Source: Spirochaetia bacterium
Lineage (GTDB): Bacteria > Spirochaetota > Spirochaetia > SZUA-6 > Bin103
Direction: 5' to 3'
Assembly (NCBI GenBank): GCA_965208575.1
Contig: CBDBOV010000002.1
Location: forward strand, 640,001-704,000
Length of the DNA: 64,000 nt
Each line of letters opens with the position of its first letter. The stretch's first letter is position 1. The notes under the pieces are model-generated. The model was given only the letters and a program-made list of their open reading frames with translations, searched no databases and was not told the origin of the DNA. Of this stretch, positions 51,438 to 61,434 are shown in pieces. Both the position numbers and the translations under genes were made by a program.

Positions 51438-52874
51438 ATGGCTGCGTCGCCCCCGCTGGCCGGTATCACCGTGATCGACCTGACCCGCGTTCTGGCCGGG
51501 CCCTACTGCACCATGGTGCTGCGCGATCTCGGCGCCGAGGTGATCAAGGTGGAACCTCCGCAGGGCGACGAAGCGCGCGGGTTCGGTCCGTTTCTGCCGG
51601 CCGCAGGTGGCGGCGGGCGCGGCGAGTCGGCCTACTTCACCAGCCTGAACTGCGGCAAGCGGTCGGTGGTGCTCGACCTCAAGACGGAGCCGGGCAGCAG
51701 CGCGCTGGCCGCGCTGATCCGCCGCGCCGACGTCCTGGTCGAGAACTTCCGTCCCGGCACGCTGGCGAAGCTGGGGTTCCCGCCGGATCGCCTGCTGGCG
51801 CTCAACCCGCGCCTGGTGTACGCCGCCATCAGCGGCTTCGGCGCCACCGGCCCGGCCGCGCAGCGGCCCGCCTACGACATGATCATCCAGGCGCTGTCCG
51901 GCCTGATGTCGATCACCGGCACCGAGCCGCCGGCGGCGGCGCCACCGGCGAGCGCGGCGCAGGCCGACGGCGCGCGGGGCGCCGCGCCGGACCCGGCCGG
52001 TGGCGCGGAGACGTCGACCGCGGCGCGCTCGGTCTCGGCGCCGGGGGCGGGCTCGCGACGGCCGCCCCCGGCGCCGGCGCCGCCGGGCGTGCGGCAGGGC
52101 GCGGCGCCGATGTCGCGAGAAGAGCCGGTGACCGCGGCGGCCTCCGCACTGCCGCACTCCGGATCGGCTGCGCACGGGCAGCGGGTGCGGGTCGGCACGT
52201 CGATCGCGGACATCGTCAGCGGGCTGTATGCCGCGGTTGGCATTGTGGCGGCGCTGGCGCAGCGCGCGCACTCGGGTCGCGGCGCGGTGCTCGACCTGGG
52301 CATGCTCGACGCCACCGTCTCGGTGCTGGAGAACGCGGTGGCGCGTTACCAGGTCACCGGCGCGGTGCCGGCCCCCCTCGGCACCCGCCACCCCTCGATC
52401 ACCCCGTTCGAAGCCTACGCCACGGCGGACCAGGAGATCGTGATCGCGGCCGGCAACGACCGCCTGTTCGCGAGCCTGTGCGCGGTGGTCGGGCGCGGCG
52501 ATCTGCCTGCCGACCGTCGTTTCGCCGGCAACGCGGCGCGCAACGAGCACGTGGCGGCGCTGAAGGATGAGCTGGAGTCGGCCCTGCGCCGCCATCGCGG
52601 TGGGTACTGGCTGGAGCGGCTGGCCGCCGCCGGCGTGCCGGCCGCGCCGGTGAACACCATCGCCGACCTGTTCGACGACCCGCAGATCGCCGCCCGCGGC
52701 ATGCTGGTGCCGGTAGCCGGGCTGGACCGCTTCCTGGTACCCGGCTCGCCGCTCAAGTTCGCTGGCGTGGCGGCGGAAGGCCGGCGTCCGCCGGCGCCGC
52801 GGCTCGGCGAACACACCGCGCAGGTGCTGGCGGAACTCGCGTCAGAGCCCGCCGCCGCCGCTCCCGAAGGCTGA
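51438..52874 (+). CDS. CaiB/BaiF family CoA transferase with internal low-complexity insertion
   Basis: PLAGITVIDLTRVLAGP, EVIKVEPP, ENFRPG, YDMIIQA.SG, SIADIVSG, APRLGEHT. Confidence 0.92.
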   Translation: MAASPPLAGITVIDLTRVLAGPYCTMVLRDLGAEVIKVEPPQGDEARGFGPFLPAAGGGGRGESAYFTSLNCGKRSVVLDLKTEPGSSALAALIRRADVLVENFRPGTLAKLGFPPDRLLALNPRLVYAAISGFGATGPAAQRPAYDMIIQALSGLMSITGTEPPAAAPPASAAQADGARGAAPDPAGGAETSTAARSVSAPGAGSRRPPPAPAPPGVRQGAAPMSREEPVTAAASALPHSGSAAHGQRVRVGTSIADIVSGLYAAVGIVAALAQRAHSGRGAVLDLGMLDATVSVLENAVARYQVTGAVPAPLGTRHPSITPFEAYATADQEIVIAAGNDRLFASLCAVVGRGDLPADRRFAGNAARNEHVAALKDELESALRRHRGGYWLERLAAAGVPAAPVNTIADLFDDPQIAARGMLVPVAGLDRFLVPGSPLKFAGVAAEGRRPPAPRLGEHTAQVLAELASEPAAAAPEG

Positions 52875-53110
52875 CGCTCGGCCCCACGGCCGCCGGTGAC
52901 GGCTTGGCGACCGTCACGCGGGGATGCCACGGGGGCGGTGAGAGATGCGGGCGTGGCGGGGTGGCAACGGCGCCTGCCGGCGGGCGAGCGCGTGGGCGGC
53001 GGTAGCGGGCGGCTGTCGATGCGGCGAGAGCAAGGGCGGCGGCCCCGGCGCGCCGGGCACGACAGCGGCACGGCGCGGCGGGCGCCGGAGGGTTCGGGGG
53101 TGCGGGTCCG

Positions 53111-54901
53111 CTACCGCGAGGCGGGGTGGATGGCCGCGATCAGCGTCCCGGCGGCCGGATCGGGGATGTGCGAACGGGTGCCGTCCGGCCAGCGGATCTC
53201 CAGGCGGGTGAGGGTGGCGCCGCGCGGAACGCCGAAGTGCAGGCGGCTGGGGTCGCCGGAGAAGTAGCCGCTCTGCGACCGCACCTCGCGGGTCAGCTGC
53301 AGCGGCGCTCCGCCCAGCTCGCCGACCAGCCGCACCTGGGCGCCGATGGCGTGCGTGTTGCCGGTGCCGGGCTGGCGCAGGTCGACCAGCAGGTTGGCGC
53401 CGCCGCACACCCGGTTCTCGAACACCTGCGACGGTTCGCGCATGTTGCTCACCACCACGTCCAGGTCGCCGTCGCCGTCCAGGTCGGCCATGCTCATGCC
53501 GCGCCCGCTGCGCTCGCTGCCCAGTCCCCACTCCGGCGCCGGCACGAAGCTGCCGTCGCCCAGGTTGCGCAGCGCCTGGTTCCGCTCCACCAACTCGTCA
53601 TCGGGCAGGTGGCCGAACACCAGCGCGTCGATCATGCCGTTCACCGCGTACAGGTCCAGGAAGCCGTCGCTGTCCAGGTCGCCGAACTTGGCGGACCAGG
53701 TCCAGCCGGTGGCGTCCACGCCGCGCTCCGGGGCCGCGTTGTCGAATGCAGCCTCCCCGTCCGCGCCGGTGCCGGGTGCGGGCAGAAGCAGCACGTTCTC
53801 GTTGGCCTGCACGTCGTCGGGCGGCGGCAGGATGGTGATCCGCTCCCACGCGTAGCTCACCGCCTCATCGCGCCGGTAGGGCTTCATGTCGGCCACGAAC
53901 AACTCGTCGCGGCCGTCGTTGTCGATGTCGCCGGCGTCGTAGCTCATGGTGTTGGTGGCGGTGGCGCGGAACGGCGCCGCTTCCAGCCATCCGGTGTCGG
54001 TGTGCGGAGCGCGCAGGAACACCTGGTCCGGGTGGTCGTAGTCGTTGCCGACGATGATGTCGGGGAGCCGGTCGCCATTCAGGTCGGTAAGCAGCACCGC
54101 CAGCGCCTCCGCCGTCTTGCCGAGCAGGGTAAGGTGCAGGCTGCCGTCGCGGTTCTCGTAGTAGGCCGCCCCGCCGCCGAGGGCGAATCCGTCGCCCAGG
54201 TCGGGCAGCTCGCTGTTGTAGCTGCCGGTCACCAGGTCCAGGTCGCCGTCGCCGTCCAGGTCGGCCCAGCCCATGGCGTTGGCGATGTAGCCGGCGCCGA
54301 GGCGGGCCACGCGCTGGAAGCGGTCGTAGGCGGCGGCGTCGGGGCCGTCCGCCCCCAGGCTCAGCCACAGCGACGGCGGCGCGGCCGGGTGGGTAAAGGC
54401 CAGGTCCAGCCAGCCGTCACCGTCGAAGTCGATGGCGTTGACCGCGCGCGCGGCGCCGGTGGCCAGCGGCTCGGCGCGGAATTGCATGCCGCCCTCGTTC
54501 CAGTACACCGTGCTCGGGCGCGCCAGGTTGGCCAGCACCAGGTCCTGGTCGCCATCGTTGTCCAGGTCGCCCACGGCAAGGCCGGAGCCGATGGTGTCGA
54601 AGTTGGTGATGCGCCCGCCGAGCCACTCGATGCGGTGCTCCAGGTCGATGGCCGCAAAGCCGCCGTCGCACGCCGCCGGCGCGGCCAGCGGTGTCGCGGT
54701 ATATGGCGGCGGCGCGGCCGGCGGTAACGCCGAAACCGCGAGCGCCGGCGGACCGGACGCACACGCCGCCAACACCGTCAGCGCCGCGAGCAACAGCGAT
54801 GCCAGGCCGGCGGCCCGACAACGCCGCCTCGGGGCGCACGTGGCTGTTGCCCCTCGCCGCGGCGGAGCGGTTGCGCGTGCGCCGCGCCCCGGACGCGGCA
54901 C
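53111..54901 (-). CDS. CRTAC1-family FG-GAP repeat / ASPIC-UnbV lipoprotein, copy 1
   Basis: Lipobox LAAC, many D(L/F)DxDGxxDL motifs, SQSGYFSG...LHFG...IRWPDG. This is the C-terminal part of ORF 53111..59353; start approximate. Confidence 0.85.
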   Translation of the reverse strand: MPRPGRGARATAPPRRGATATCAPRRRCRAAGLASLLLAALTVLAACASGPPALAVSALPPAAPPPYTATPLAAPAACDGGFAAIDLEHRIEWLGGRITNFDTIGSGLAVGDLDNDGDQDLVLANLARPSTVYWNEGGMQFRAEPLATGAARAVNAIDFDGDGWLDLAFTHPAAPPSLWLSLGADGPDAAAYDRFQRVARLGAGYIANAMGWADLDGDGDLDLVTGSYNSELPDLGDGFALGGGAAYYENRDGSLHLTLLGKTAEALAVLLTDLNGDRLPDIIVGNDYDHPDQVFLRAPHTDTGWLEAAPFRATATNTMSYDAGDIDNDGRDELFVADMKPYRRDEAVSYAWERITILPPPDDVQANENVLLLPAPGTGADGEAAFDNAAPERGVDATGWTWSAKFGDLDSDGFLDLYAVNGMIDALVFGHLPDDELVERNQALRNLGDGSFVPAPEWGLGSERSGRGMSMADLDGDGDLDVVVSNMREPSQVFENRVCGGANLLVDLRQPGTGNTHAIGAQVRLVGELGGAPLQLTREVRSQSGYFSGDPSRLHFGVPRGATLTRLEIRWPDGTRSHIPDPAAGTLIAAIHPASR

Positions 54902-55455
54902 AACGCCGTCCTGGCGGAGCCGCCCCCGGCACCACTGCGGCAGGACCGAGACGCACGCGCGCGGCGCCGGCGCGGCGCGCCCGGTGGTGAGACCGGGCTG
55001 CGCCCGGACCCGAAGCGCGTTGGTGCCGCGCCGAAGCGGAACGGCAGCACCGCGGCCGGCGCCCGCGCCCGCGCCGCCAAGTGGCGTGGTGATGCACCGG
55101 CCGTCACGGACCGGAGTGGGGCGCCGGGCCGCAGCGGCGGGCGAGCGTGGCGGCACACCTCCGCAACCGGCGCCGCGCGGCGTGCCGGAAGCGGTCCGGG
55201 TGTGCACCGTGGTCAGCTTCGCTGGCCGTCGCGCCCCGGCAACGCGGACTCCTCGCCCGCACCCGGTATTCGCGGCGCTACGGGCACGCCGCGGTGCCGA
55301 GCCGCGGTGCCGCGCGGCCGTTCGCTCGTGCAACGTGGGCGGAGCGGCCGGCGCCCGCGCCGGCGCACCGAACGGGCCGCACGCAGCGTCTCGTTCGGGC
55401 GCAACGGGGTCGCTCACCGGGGCTGCCGGCGCGCCGGTCAGGCGTGAGGCGGCGG

Positions 55456-57177
55456 TCACCGGCGGGTCACGGTCACGCGGGTTGCGGCGGCCAGGTCGCG
55501 CACCACCGAGCGTTCGCCGTCGGGCCAGGTGATTGTCAGCGCCGCGGGCGCGTCGCCGGCGGGTATGCCGAAGTGCAGGCGGCTGGTGTCGCCCGACAGG
55601 TAGCCGCTCTGCGCGCGCACCTCGCGCCGTATCTCCACCCCCGCCGCGGTGGTCAGCACCGCCCCGGCGCCGAGGGCGTGGGTGTTGGCGGTGCCGGGCC
55701 GGCGCAGGTCGACCAGCAGGTGGCCGCCGCCCTCGCACAGGCGGTTCTCGAACACCTGCGACGGGGCGCGCAGGTTGCTCACCACGATGTCCAGATCGCC
55801 GTCGCCGTCCAGGTCCGCCATGCTCATGCCGCGCCCGCTGCGCGTGCTGCCCAGGCCCCACTCCGGAACGGTCGCGAAGCTGCCGTCGCCGGCGCCGCGC
55901 AGCGCCTGGTTCTCCTCCACCAGCTCGTCGCCCGGCAGGTGGCCGAACACCTCCACGGTAATCACGCCGTTGACCACGTACAGGTCCAGGAAGCCGTCGC
56001 CGTCCAGGTCGCCGAACTTGGCCGACCAGCTCCAGCCGGTGGCATCTACCCCCGCCGCTGCCGCCCGGTCCCGGTAGCCGCCCTCGGCGCCGGTCGCCAG
56101 CAGCACGTTGGCGTTCACCTGCACCTCGTCCGGCGGACTGGCGGTGCCCAGGTCGCCCCATGCGTCGCGCGTCTCGGCGTCGTCGCGGTACGGCTTCATG
56201 TCGGCGGCGAACAGCTCGAAGCGGCCGTCGTTGTCGACGTCGCCGGCGTCGTAGCTCATCGTGTTGGTGGGCGTGGCGGCGAACGGCTCCACCTGCGCCC
56301 AGCCCATCGGCGCCTCGGGGTCGCGGGTGAACACGTAGTCGGGGCGGGCGTAGTCGTTGCCGATCACGATCTCGCGCGCGCCGTCGCCGTCCAGGTCGGT
56401 CACCAGCACCGCCAGCGCGTCGGCGCCCGAGACCAGCAGCGCCGGCAGCAGGCCGGGGTTGCGGTTCTCGTAGTAGGCCACGCCGCCGCCGGGGATGAAG
56501 CCGTCGAACTCCTTGGCCAGCAGGTAGTCGTAGGTGGCGGTGACGATGTCCAGGTCGCCGTCGCCGTCCAGGTCGCTCCAGTCCATCACGTGCGCGAAGT
56601 AGCCGGCGCCGAAGTCGGGGTCGCGCACGAAGCGGCGCCCGCTCCCGGCGGCACCCCCGGAGCCCTCCTCCGCCGGCGTGTTGCGCCACAGGGCGGGCGG
56701 GCGGTTGGTGTGGGTCACGGCCAGGTCGAGCCAGCCGTCGCCGTCGCTGTCCACCGCCACGATGGCGCTGGTGGGCTTGCTGTCCTCGGCGCTGGTCAGG
56801 TCCGTACGCCGGAACCGCGGTGCGCCGCCGGGCGCGGTTTCGTTCCACAGCAGGGCGGTCGGGCCGTCCAGGTTGGCCAGCACCAGGTCGACGTCGCCGT
56901 CGTTGTCCAGGTCGCCGGCGGCCAGGCCGGCGCCGAGCGAGTCGTAGTTGAACACCCGTGGCGAGTCCACCTCTATTTCGTGCGCCAGGTCGGCGGCGAC
57001 GAACGTGCCGCTGCACTGTCCGGCGGCGAGCGGGACCGTCTCCACGCTCACCGGGGCGTGGCCCGCCAGCACGTCCGTCAGGGAAGCGCACCCGCTGAGG
57101 CACAGTACCGCGGCGAGCGCCAGCAATGCAGGCCGGGCGGTTGCAGCATGGGAACGCCAGGTTGACCGAATATCCAA
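55456..57177 (-). CDS. CRTAC1-family FG-GAP repeat / ASPIC-UnbV lipoprotein, copy 2
   Basis: Lipobox LSGC, DLDxDGDxD repeats, AQSGYLSG...LHFG...ITWPDG. Start approximate (TTG 57177 or 57126). Confidence 0.87.
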   Translation of the reverse strand: MDIRSTWRSHAATARPALLALAAVLCLSGCASLTDVLAGHAPVSVETVPLAAGQCSGTFVAADLAHEIEVDSPRVFNYDSLGAGLAAGDLDNDGDVDLVLANLDGPTALLWNETAPGGAPRFRRTDLTSAEDSKPTSAIVAVDSDGDGWLDLAVTHTNRPPALWRNTPAEEGSGGAAGSGRRFVRDPDFGAGYFAHVMDWSDLDGDGDLDIVTATYDYLLAKEFDGFIPGGGVAYYENRNPGLLPALLVSGADALAVLVTDLDGDGAREIVIGNDYARPDYVFTRDPEAPMGWAQVEPFAATPTNTMSYDAGDVDNDGRFELFAADMKPYRDDAETRDAWGDLGTASPPDEVQVNANVLLATGAEGGYRDRAAAAGVDATGWSWSAKFGDLDGDGFLDLYVVNGVITVEVFGHLPGDELVEENQALRGAGDGSFATVPEWGLGSTRSGRGMSMADLDGDGDLDIVVSNLRAPSQVFENRLCEGGGHLLVDLRRPGTANTHALGAGAVLTTAAGVEIRREVRAQSGYLSGDTSRLHFGIPAGDAPAALTITWPDGERSVVRDLAAATRVTVTRR

Positions 57178-57241
57178 AGCGTCGGTATGGTAGCCTGTCA
57201 CGCAATTCCAATAAACCGAGGTTTGGAAGGAGGAAGATGAA

Positions 57242-59281
57242 GTGACCAATTTCATGAATCGAATACTCATGAATCGATTGCTGGCGCTCGGCCTGGTAAT
57301 GGCGGCGCCGGCGATGCTGATGGCCGGCGGCGAGTCCGACAGCGGGACCGCCAGTGCCGGCGCCGTCGCGATGGCGGCACCCGGCCAGTTCAGCGAGGCG
57401 CCGATGCTGGCGGCCATGGTGGCGGCCGGCGAGTTGCCGCCGCTGGAGGAGCGCATCGCCGCCGATCCGGTGGTGCAGGAAATGCTCGCCGACGGCGTCG
57501 GCAAGTATGGCGGCACGCTGCGGGTGTCGGACGCCACCGGTGCGATGAACCGGCGCGGACACGAGATGACCAACCAGGAGGTGGACATCTACCTGCTCAA
57601 GATGCACCAGGAGACGCGCGAGATCCTGCCCAACATCGCCAAGGGCTACGACGTGTCGGCCGACGGCCTCACGGTGACCCTGGAGCTGCGCGCCGGTACC
57701 AAGTGGTCCAACGGCGACCCGTTCATCGTCGACGACATCATGTTCGTGATGGAGGACCTGCGGTGGGATGACCGGGTCGATCCCGGCTGGCGCCCCAACG
57801 AGACGCCGCCCACCGCGACCAGCCTCACCAAGATCGACGACTACACGCTGCAGTTCAACCTGTCGGCCAAAGACCACGTGATCATCCCCGGCTGGACCAC
57901 CTGGAAGGGCGGCAACTACGTGCAGTACGCGCCGAGCACGTTCCTGAAGCAGTGGCACATCCGCTACAACGCGGACGCCCAGAAGCTGGCCGAGGAAGAG
58001 GGCTTCGAAACCTGGGCCGAGGCGGTGGTCGCGCACTGGGACATCGTGGTCGGCGTCGGCCTGTTGGAGACGCCCACCATGTTCCCGTGGGTGCCCAAGG
58101 AGATCGGCGCGCAGGCGGAGATCTGGGAGCGCAACGCCTACTTCTGGAAGGTCGACCCGGCCGGCCAGCAGCTCCCCTACATCGACCGCGTGCTGTCCAC
58201 GCCCAACGCCGACGTGGAGGTGTTCAACCTCAAGGCGATCGCCGGCGAGGTGGACTGGGCGATCGCGCAGACCAACTTCGCGTCGCTGCCCGACTACAAG
58301 GAGAACGAGGATCGCGGCAACTACAAGATCACGCTCGTTCCCGGTGTCGACGTGGGCCGCGCATTCGGCTTCAACCCCACCTACAAGGATGAGAAGTACC
58401 GTGCCCTGTTCCACGACGTGCGTTTCCGGCGCGCCATGTCGGTGGCGCTCGACCGCGACGAACTGAACGAGGTGTACTTCCTCGGTCTCGGCCGCCCGAC
58501 CGCGGCCACCATCCACTCCGACGCCCGCTTCTACCGACCCGAGTGGCAGACCCTGTGGGCCACCTACGATCCCGATCTGGCCAACCAGCTGCTCGACGAG
58601 GTCGGCCTCGACGGGCGCGACCGCGACGGCTTCCGGACCTTCCCGGACGGCTCCAACCTGACCATCCAGGTCGCCGCCCGCACCGGCGGTTCGGTCGACA
58701 TCAGCAAGCTGTTTGAGATCGAGATCGCGCAGTGGGGGGACGTCGGACTGCGCGTGGTGCCGCGCCTGGTGGACAACGCCGCCTGGGGCGAGAACCGCGA
58801 ACAGGACGAGTTCATGCTGCAGCCGGGCGTCATCGACGCCATCACCGAGTTCTGGAACTGGATCAATGACGGTGCCGGCTCCGGCGGCGTCGGCCTGCAC
58901 GGCGACTTCAACATGGCCGGCAGCTACGACATCTGGGAGACCGCGCGCGTGGCGATCGAACGCGGCGAGCGCAAGCTGGAGGACTTCGGCGGCGAGTTGC
59001 CCGGCACCGAGCCGCCCGAGGAGTGGAAGCGCTACTTCCAGTGGCAGCGCGATTTCGGGGCATCCGAATTCGGCACCCCCGAATGGGTCGAGATCGCGCA
59101 GAAGATGTACGACTGGACCGGCGACAACGTGTTCGTCATCGGCACCGTCGGCGAGGCGCCCGCGGTCCTGCTCACCAGCCAGGACCTGCGCAACGTCCCG
59201 ACCGAGTTCCCGGTCTCCAACACCGACTGGAAGGGCAACCTGATGTACTGGGCCGACCAGCTCTGGTTCGACCGCGAGTAG
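57242..59281 (+). CDS. family 5 extracellular solute-binding protein
   Basis: Signal peptide ending AGGE, SEAPML..MV.AGELPPLEER, GKYGGTLR, KWSNGDPF, QLPYIDR, FRRAMSVALDR; RBS AGGAGG. Confidence 0.92.
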   Translation: MTNFMNRILMNRLLALGLVMAAPAMLMAGGESDSGTASAGAVAMAAPGQFSEAPMLAAMVAAGELPPLEERIAADPVVQEMLADGVGKYGGTLRVSDATGAMNRRGHEMTNQEVDIYLLKMHQETREILPNIAKGYDVSADGLTVTLELRAGTKWSNGDPFIVDDIMFVMEDLRWDDRVDPGWRPNETPPTATSLTKIDDYTLQFNLSAKDHVIIPGWTTWKGGNYVQYAPSTFLKQWHIRYNADAQKLAEEEGFETWAEAVVAHWDIVVGVGLLETPTMFPWVPKEIGAQAEIWERNAYFWKVDPAGQQLPYIDRVLSTPNADVEVFNLKAIAGEVDWAIAQTNFASLPDYKENEDRGNYKITLVPGVDVGRAFGFNPTYKDEKYRALFHDVRFRRAMSVALDRDELNEVYFLGLGRPTAATIHSDARFYRPEWQTLWATYDPDLANQLLDEVGLDGRDRDGFRTFPDGSNLTIQVAARTGGSVDISKLFEIEIAQWGDVGLRVVPRLVDNAAWGENREQDEFMLQPGVIDAITEFWNWINDGAGSGGVGLHGDFNMAGSYDIWETARVAIERGERKLEDFGGELPGTEPPEEWKRYFQWQRDFGASEFGTPEWVEIAQKMYDWTGDNVFVIGTVGEAPAVLLTSQDLRNVPTEFPVSNTDWKGNLMYWADQLWFDRE

Positions 59282-59307
59282 CCTCTCTACTCGCAACCTG
59301 ATCATGA

Positions 59308-59332
59308 GGGCCGGCCGCCAAGTGGCCGGCCC
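59308..59332 (+). terminator. GC-rich hairpin after the SBP gene (possible terminator or mRNA stabiliser)
   Basis: GGGCCGGCC-N7-GGCCGGCCC; no U tract follows. Confidence 0.4.
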
Positions 59333-59358
59333 AACGCCGCCCTGTCGAAGCAAGGTCC

Positions 59359-59565
59359 GTGAGCCGTTGCAGCTTTACGACTACAACTCGTCTCGACCTG
59401 CAACAGATTCACGACTATATCGCCGTAGATAATCCTGCGGCGGCCCTTCGGTTTGTCGATCGACTTCAGGCGCAGTGCGCCACGCTCGCCGACCATCCTT
59501 CACGTCCGCCAGGGGAGCCAGCACTTGGCACGGCTGTTCAGCGCGGGACAGTGACACCCGCGTGA
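59359..59565 (+). pseudogene. truncated ParE/RelE-family toxin
   Basis: DLQQIHDYIAVDNPAAALRFVDRL...LADHP matches the ParE N-terminal half; similarity is lost after HP and no antitoxin lies upstream. Confidence 0.72.
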
Positions 59566-59571
59566 GACACC

Positions 59572-61434
59572 GTGAGTCCTGAACGCCATCGACGCGTGGG
59601 GAATGCAAGTCGCGAGCGCTTCTCCGGCCGCCGCTACAACGTGCTGCGTGGCCTCTGGATCGCGTTTGAGGACGCCCCGGGCGCGGCCGTCGTGCGGGGG
59701 CTGGCGGCCCTGGCGGCCGGCGCCGCCACCGGCCCGCTGCTGGTGCTGGCCACCGAACGCTTCATCGCCACCGCCCTGGAAGTGGCGGCAGGCGGACTGC
59801 CGTTCGCGGCTGTCGCCGCGCCGGTACTTGTCCTGCTCACCCTGTTCGCCGTGCAGATCCTGGAGACCGTGGTGCGCAGCTTGGCCGATGCCCGTATCGA
59901 GATGGGCCTGCGCCGCGGCTTCCGCGCCGACTTGACCGAGAAGCGGGCGCGCCTGGAATACCAGTACATCGAAAGCCCCGATACGGCCGACCTGCTGCGC
60001 CGCGTCGTCTCTGGACCGCAAATGGAGTCGCAGCCGGCGCCTGAGCGAGGGCCTGCGAAGCAGGCCTTCGACGATAGCATCGCACTGGGGGCCATCGCCG
60101 TGCGGGTAATTGGAATCGCCGTCGTCCTCGCCCGACTCGAGTGGTGGATCGTGCCGGTGGTGATGGCGGTAATGGTTCCGTTCGTGCTCCTTGGGGTGCG
60201 CAGCGGGCGCCGGCTGTACGAGTTCGAGCGCCGCGTTGCCCATCACCGCCGCCGCGCCGAGTATCTGTCCGAGGAAGTGCTGCAGGGGCGCGATGCGGCC
60301 GCCGAGCGAAACTTGTTCGGCTACACGAGCTACGTGAATGCCCGCTGGCGGACCTTCTTCGACCCGGTGATCCGATTGCAGGCGCTGTGGAACTTGCGGA
60401 GCTGGCTGCAAACGAAGTCGGCGGCGCTGCTGATCATCGTAGCCATCATCATCGCCATGTTGGCGTTTCTCCAACCACTGCAGGCCGGCGTGATCGACGT
60501 GGCCTTCTACGTCGCCGCGGTTACGGCTCTGTTGCAGGCACAGCGCACGATCAGTCAGCAGTTGGTCGATGTCACGTCTCGTCTCGCTCAACATCGGGAG
60601 TACTTCTTCGATCTGCAACAGTTCGCGGCCCTGAATGAGACACGCCGGTCGCTCACGCGACGTGCACCGGAACACGCGTTCGAGTCAATCGCGTTCGAGG
60701 ACGTCCGCTTTCGGTATCCCGGGACCGATGTGCCGGTCTTGGATGGGATCGGCTTTCGGATCGAAGCCGGGCAACACTACGCGCTGGTCGGCGCTAACGG
60801 GTCCGGCAAGTCGACAATCACCAAGCTCATGCTGGGACTGTATTCGCCAACCGGTGGCAGGATCGTGGTCAACGACATACCAAGCGAGGAGTGGTCACAG
60901 GATGCCCTGAATGGCCTCTTTGGGGTCGTGTTCCAGGACTTTGCCTGCTACTCGCTTACGGTTCGTGACAACATTGCGCTTGGCAGTCTCTCCTCCGAGG
61001 ACGATTCCTCGGTTGCGGCAAGCTTGGAGCTCGCCGGCCTCAACGGGTTCGTCAAGCACTTGCCGCGCGGCTACGAGACGCCGCTTGGCAAAGTGCTGGC
61101 CGGCGGCGTCGATCTATCGGGCGGGCAGTGGCAGCGACTTGCCGTGGCCCGTTCGCTGGCCAGTGCGGCGCCCGTACGCATCCTCGACGAGCCAACTGCA
61201 GCGCTGGATCCGCTGGCGGAGAACGAGGTGTACAAGTCCTACTCCCGCGTGTCGGCGGGACTGACGACTCTGTTCATCAGTCACCGGCTGGGGTCGACCA
61301 AGATCGCGGACCGGATTCTCGTACTCCACGACGGGGTGATCAAGGAGTCGGGCACACACGACCACCTTATGCAACAGGGCGGCGTGTATGCGCAGATGTT
61401 CAAGGCACAGGAAAGCTGGTATGCAGCGGGATAG
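59572..61434 (+). CDS. ABC transporter, fused TMD-NBD (exporter fold), subunit 1
   Basis: TM domain, GANGSGKST, LSGGQWQR, LDEPTAALD, SHRL. Confidence 0.92.
   Translation: MSPERHRRVGNASRERFSGRRYNVLRGLWIAFEDAPGAAVVRGLAALAAGAATGPLLVLATERFIATALEVAAGGLPFAAVAAPVLVLLTLFAVQILETVVRSLADARIEMGLRRGFRADLTEKRARLEYQYIESPDTADLLRRVVSGPQMESQPAPERGPAKQAFDDSIALGAIAVRVIGIAVVLARLEWWIVPVVMAVMVPFVLLGVRSGRRLYEFERRVAHHRRRAEYLSEEVLQGRDAAAERNLFGYTSYVNARWRTFFDPVIRLQALWNLRSWLQTKSAALLIIVAIIIAMLAFLQPLQAGVIDVAFYVAAVTALLQAQRTISQQLVDVTSRLAQHREYFFDLQQFAALNETRRSLTRRAPEHAFESIAFEDVRFRYPGTDVPVLDGIGFRIEAGQHYALVGANGSGKSTITKLMLGLYSPTGGRIVVNDIPSEEWSQDALNGLFGVVFQDFACYSLTVRDNIALGSLSSEDDSSVAASLELAGLNGFVKHLPRGYETPLGKVLAGGVDLSGGQWQRLAVARSLASAAPVRILDEPTAALDPLAENEVYKSYSRVSAGLTTLFISHRLGSTKIADRILVLHDGVIKESGTHDHLMQQGGVYAQMFKAQESWYAAG

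Noticed and set aside
53111-59353. 2080-aa giant ORF
   Set aside because: Only the last about 600 aa are protein-like (ASPIC copy 1). The rest is an off-frame read of copy 2 and the antisense of the SBP gene, a high-GC shadow ORF.
59525-59540. TGGCACGGCTGTTCA as a sigma-54 promoter for the ABC pair
   Set aside because: Has the -24 TGGCAC but lacks the essential -12 GC.
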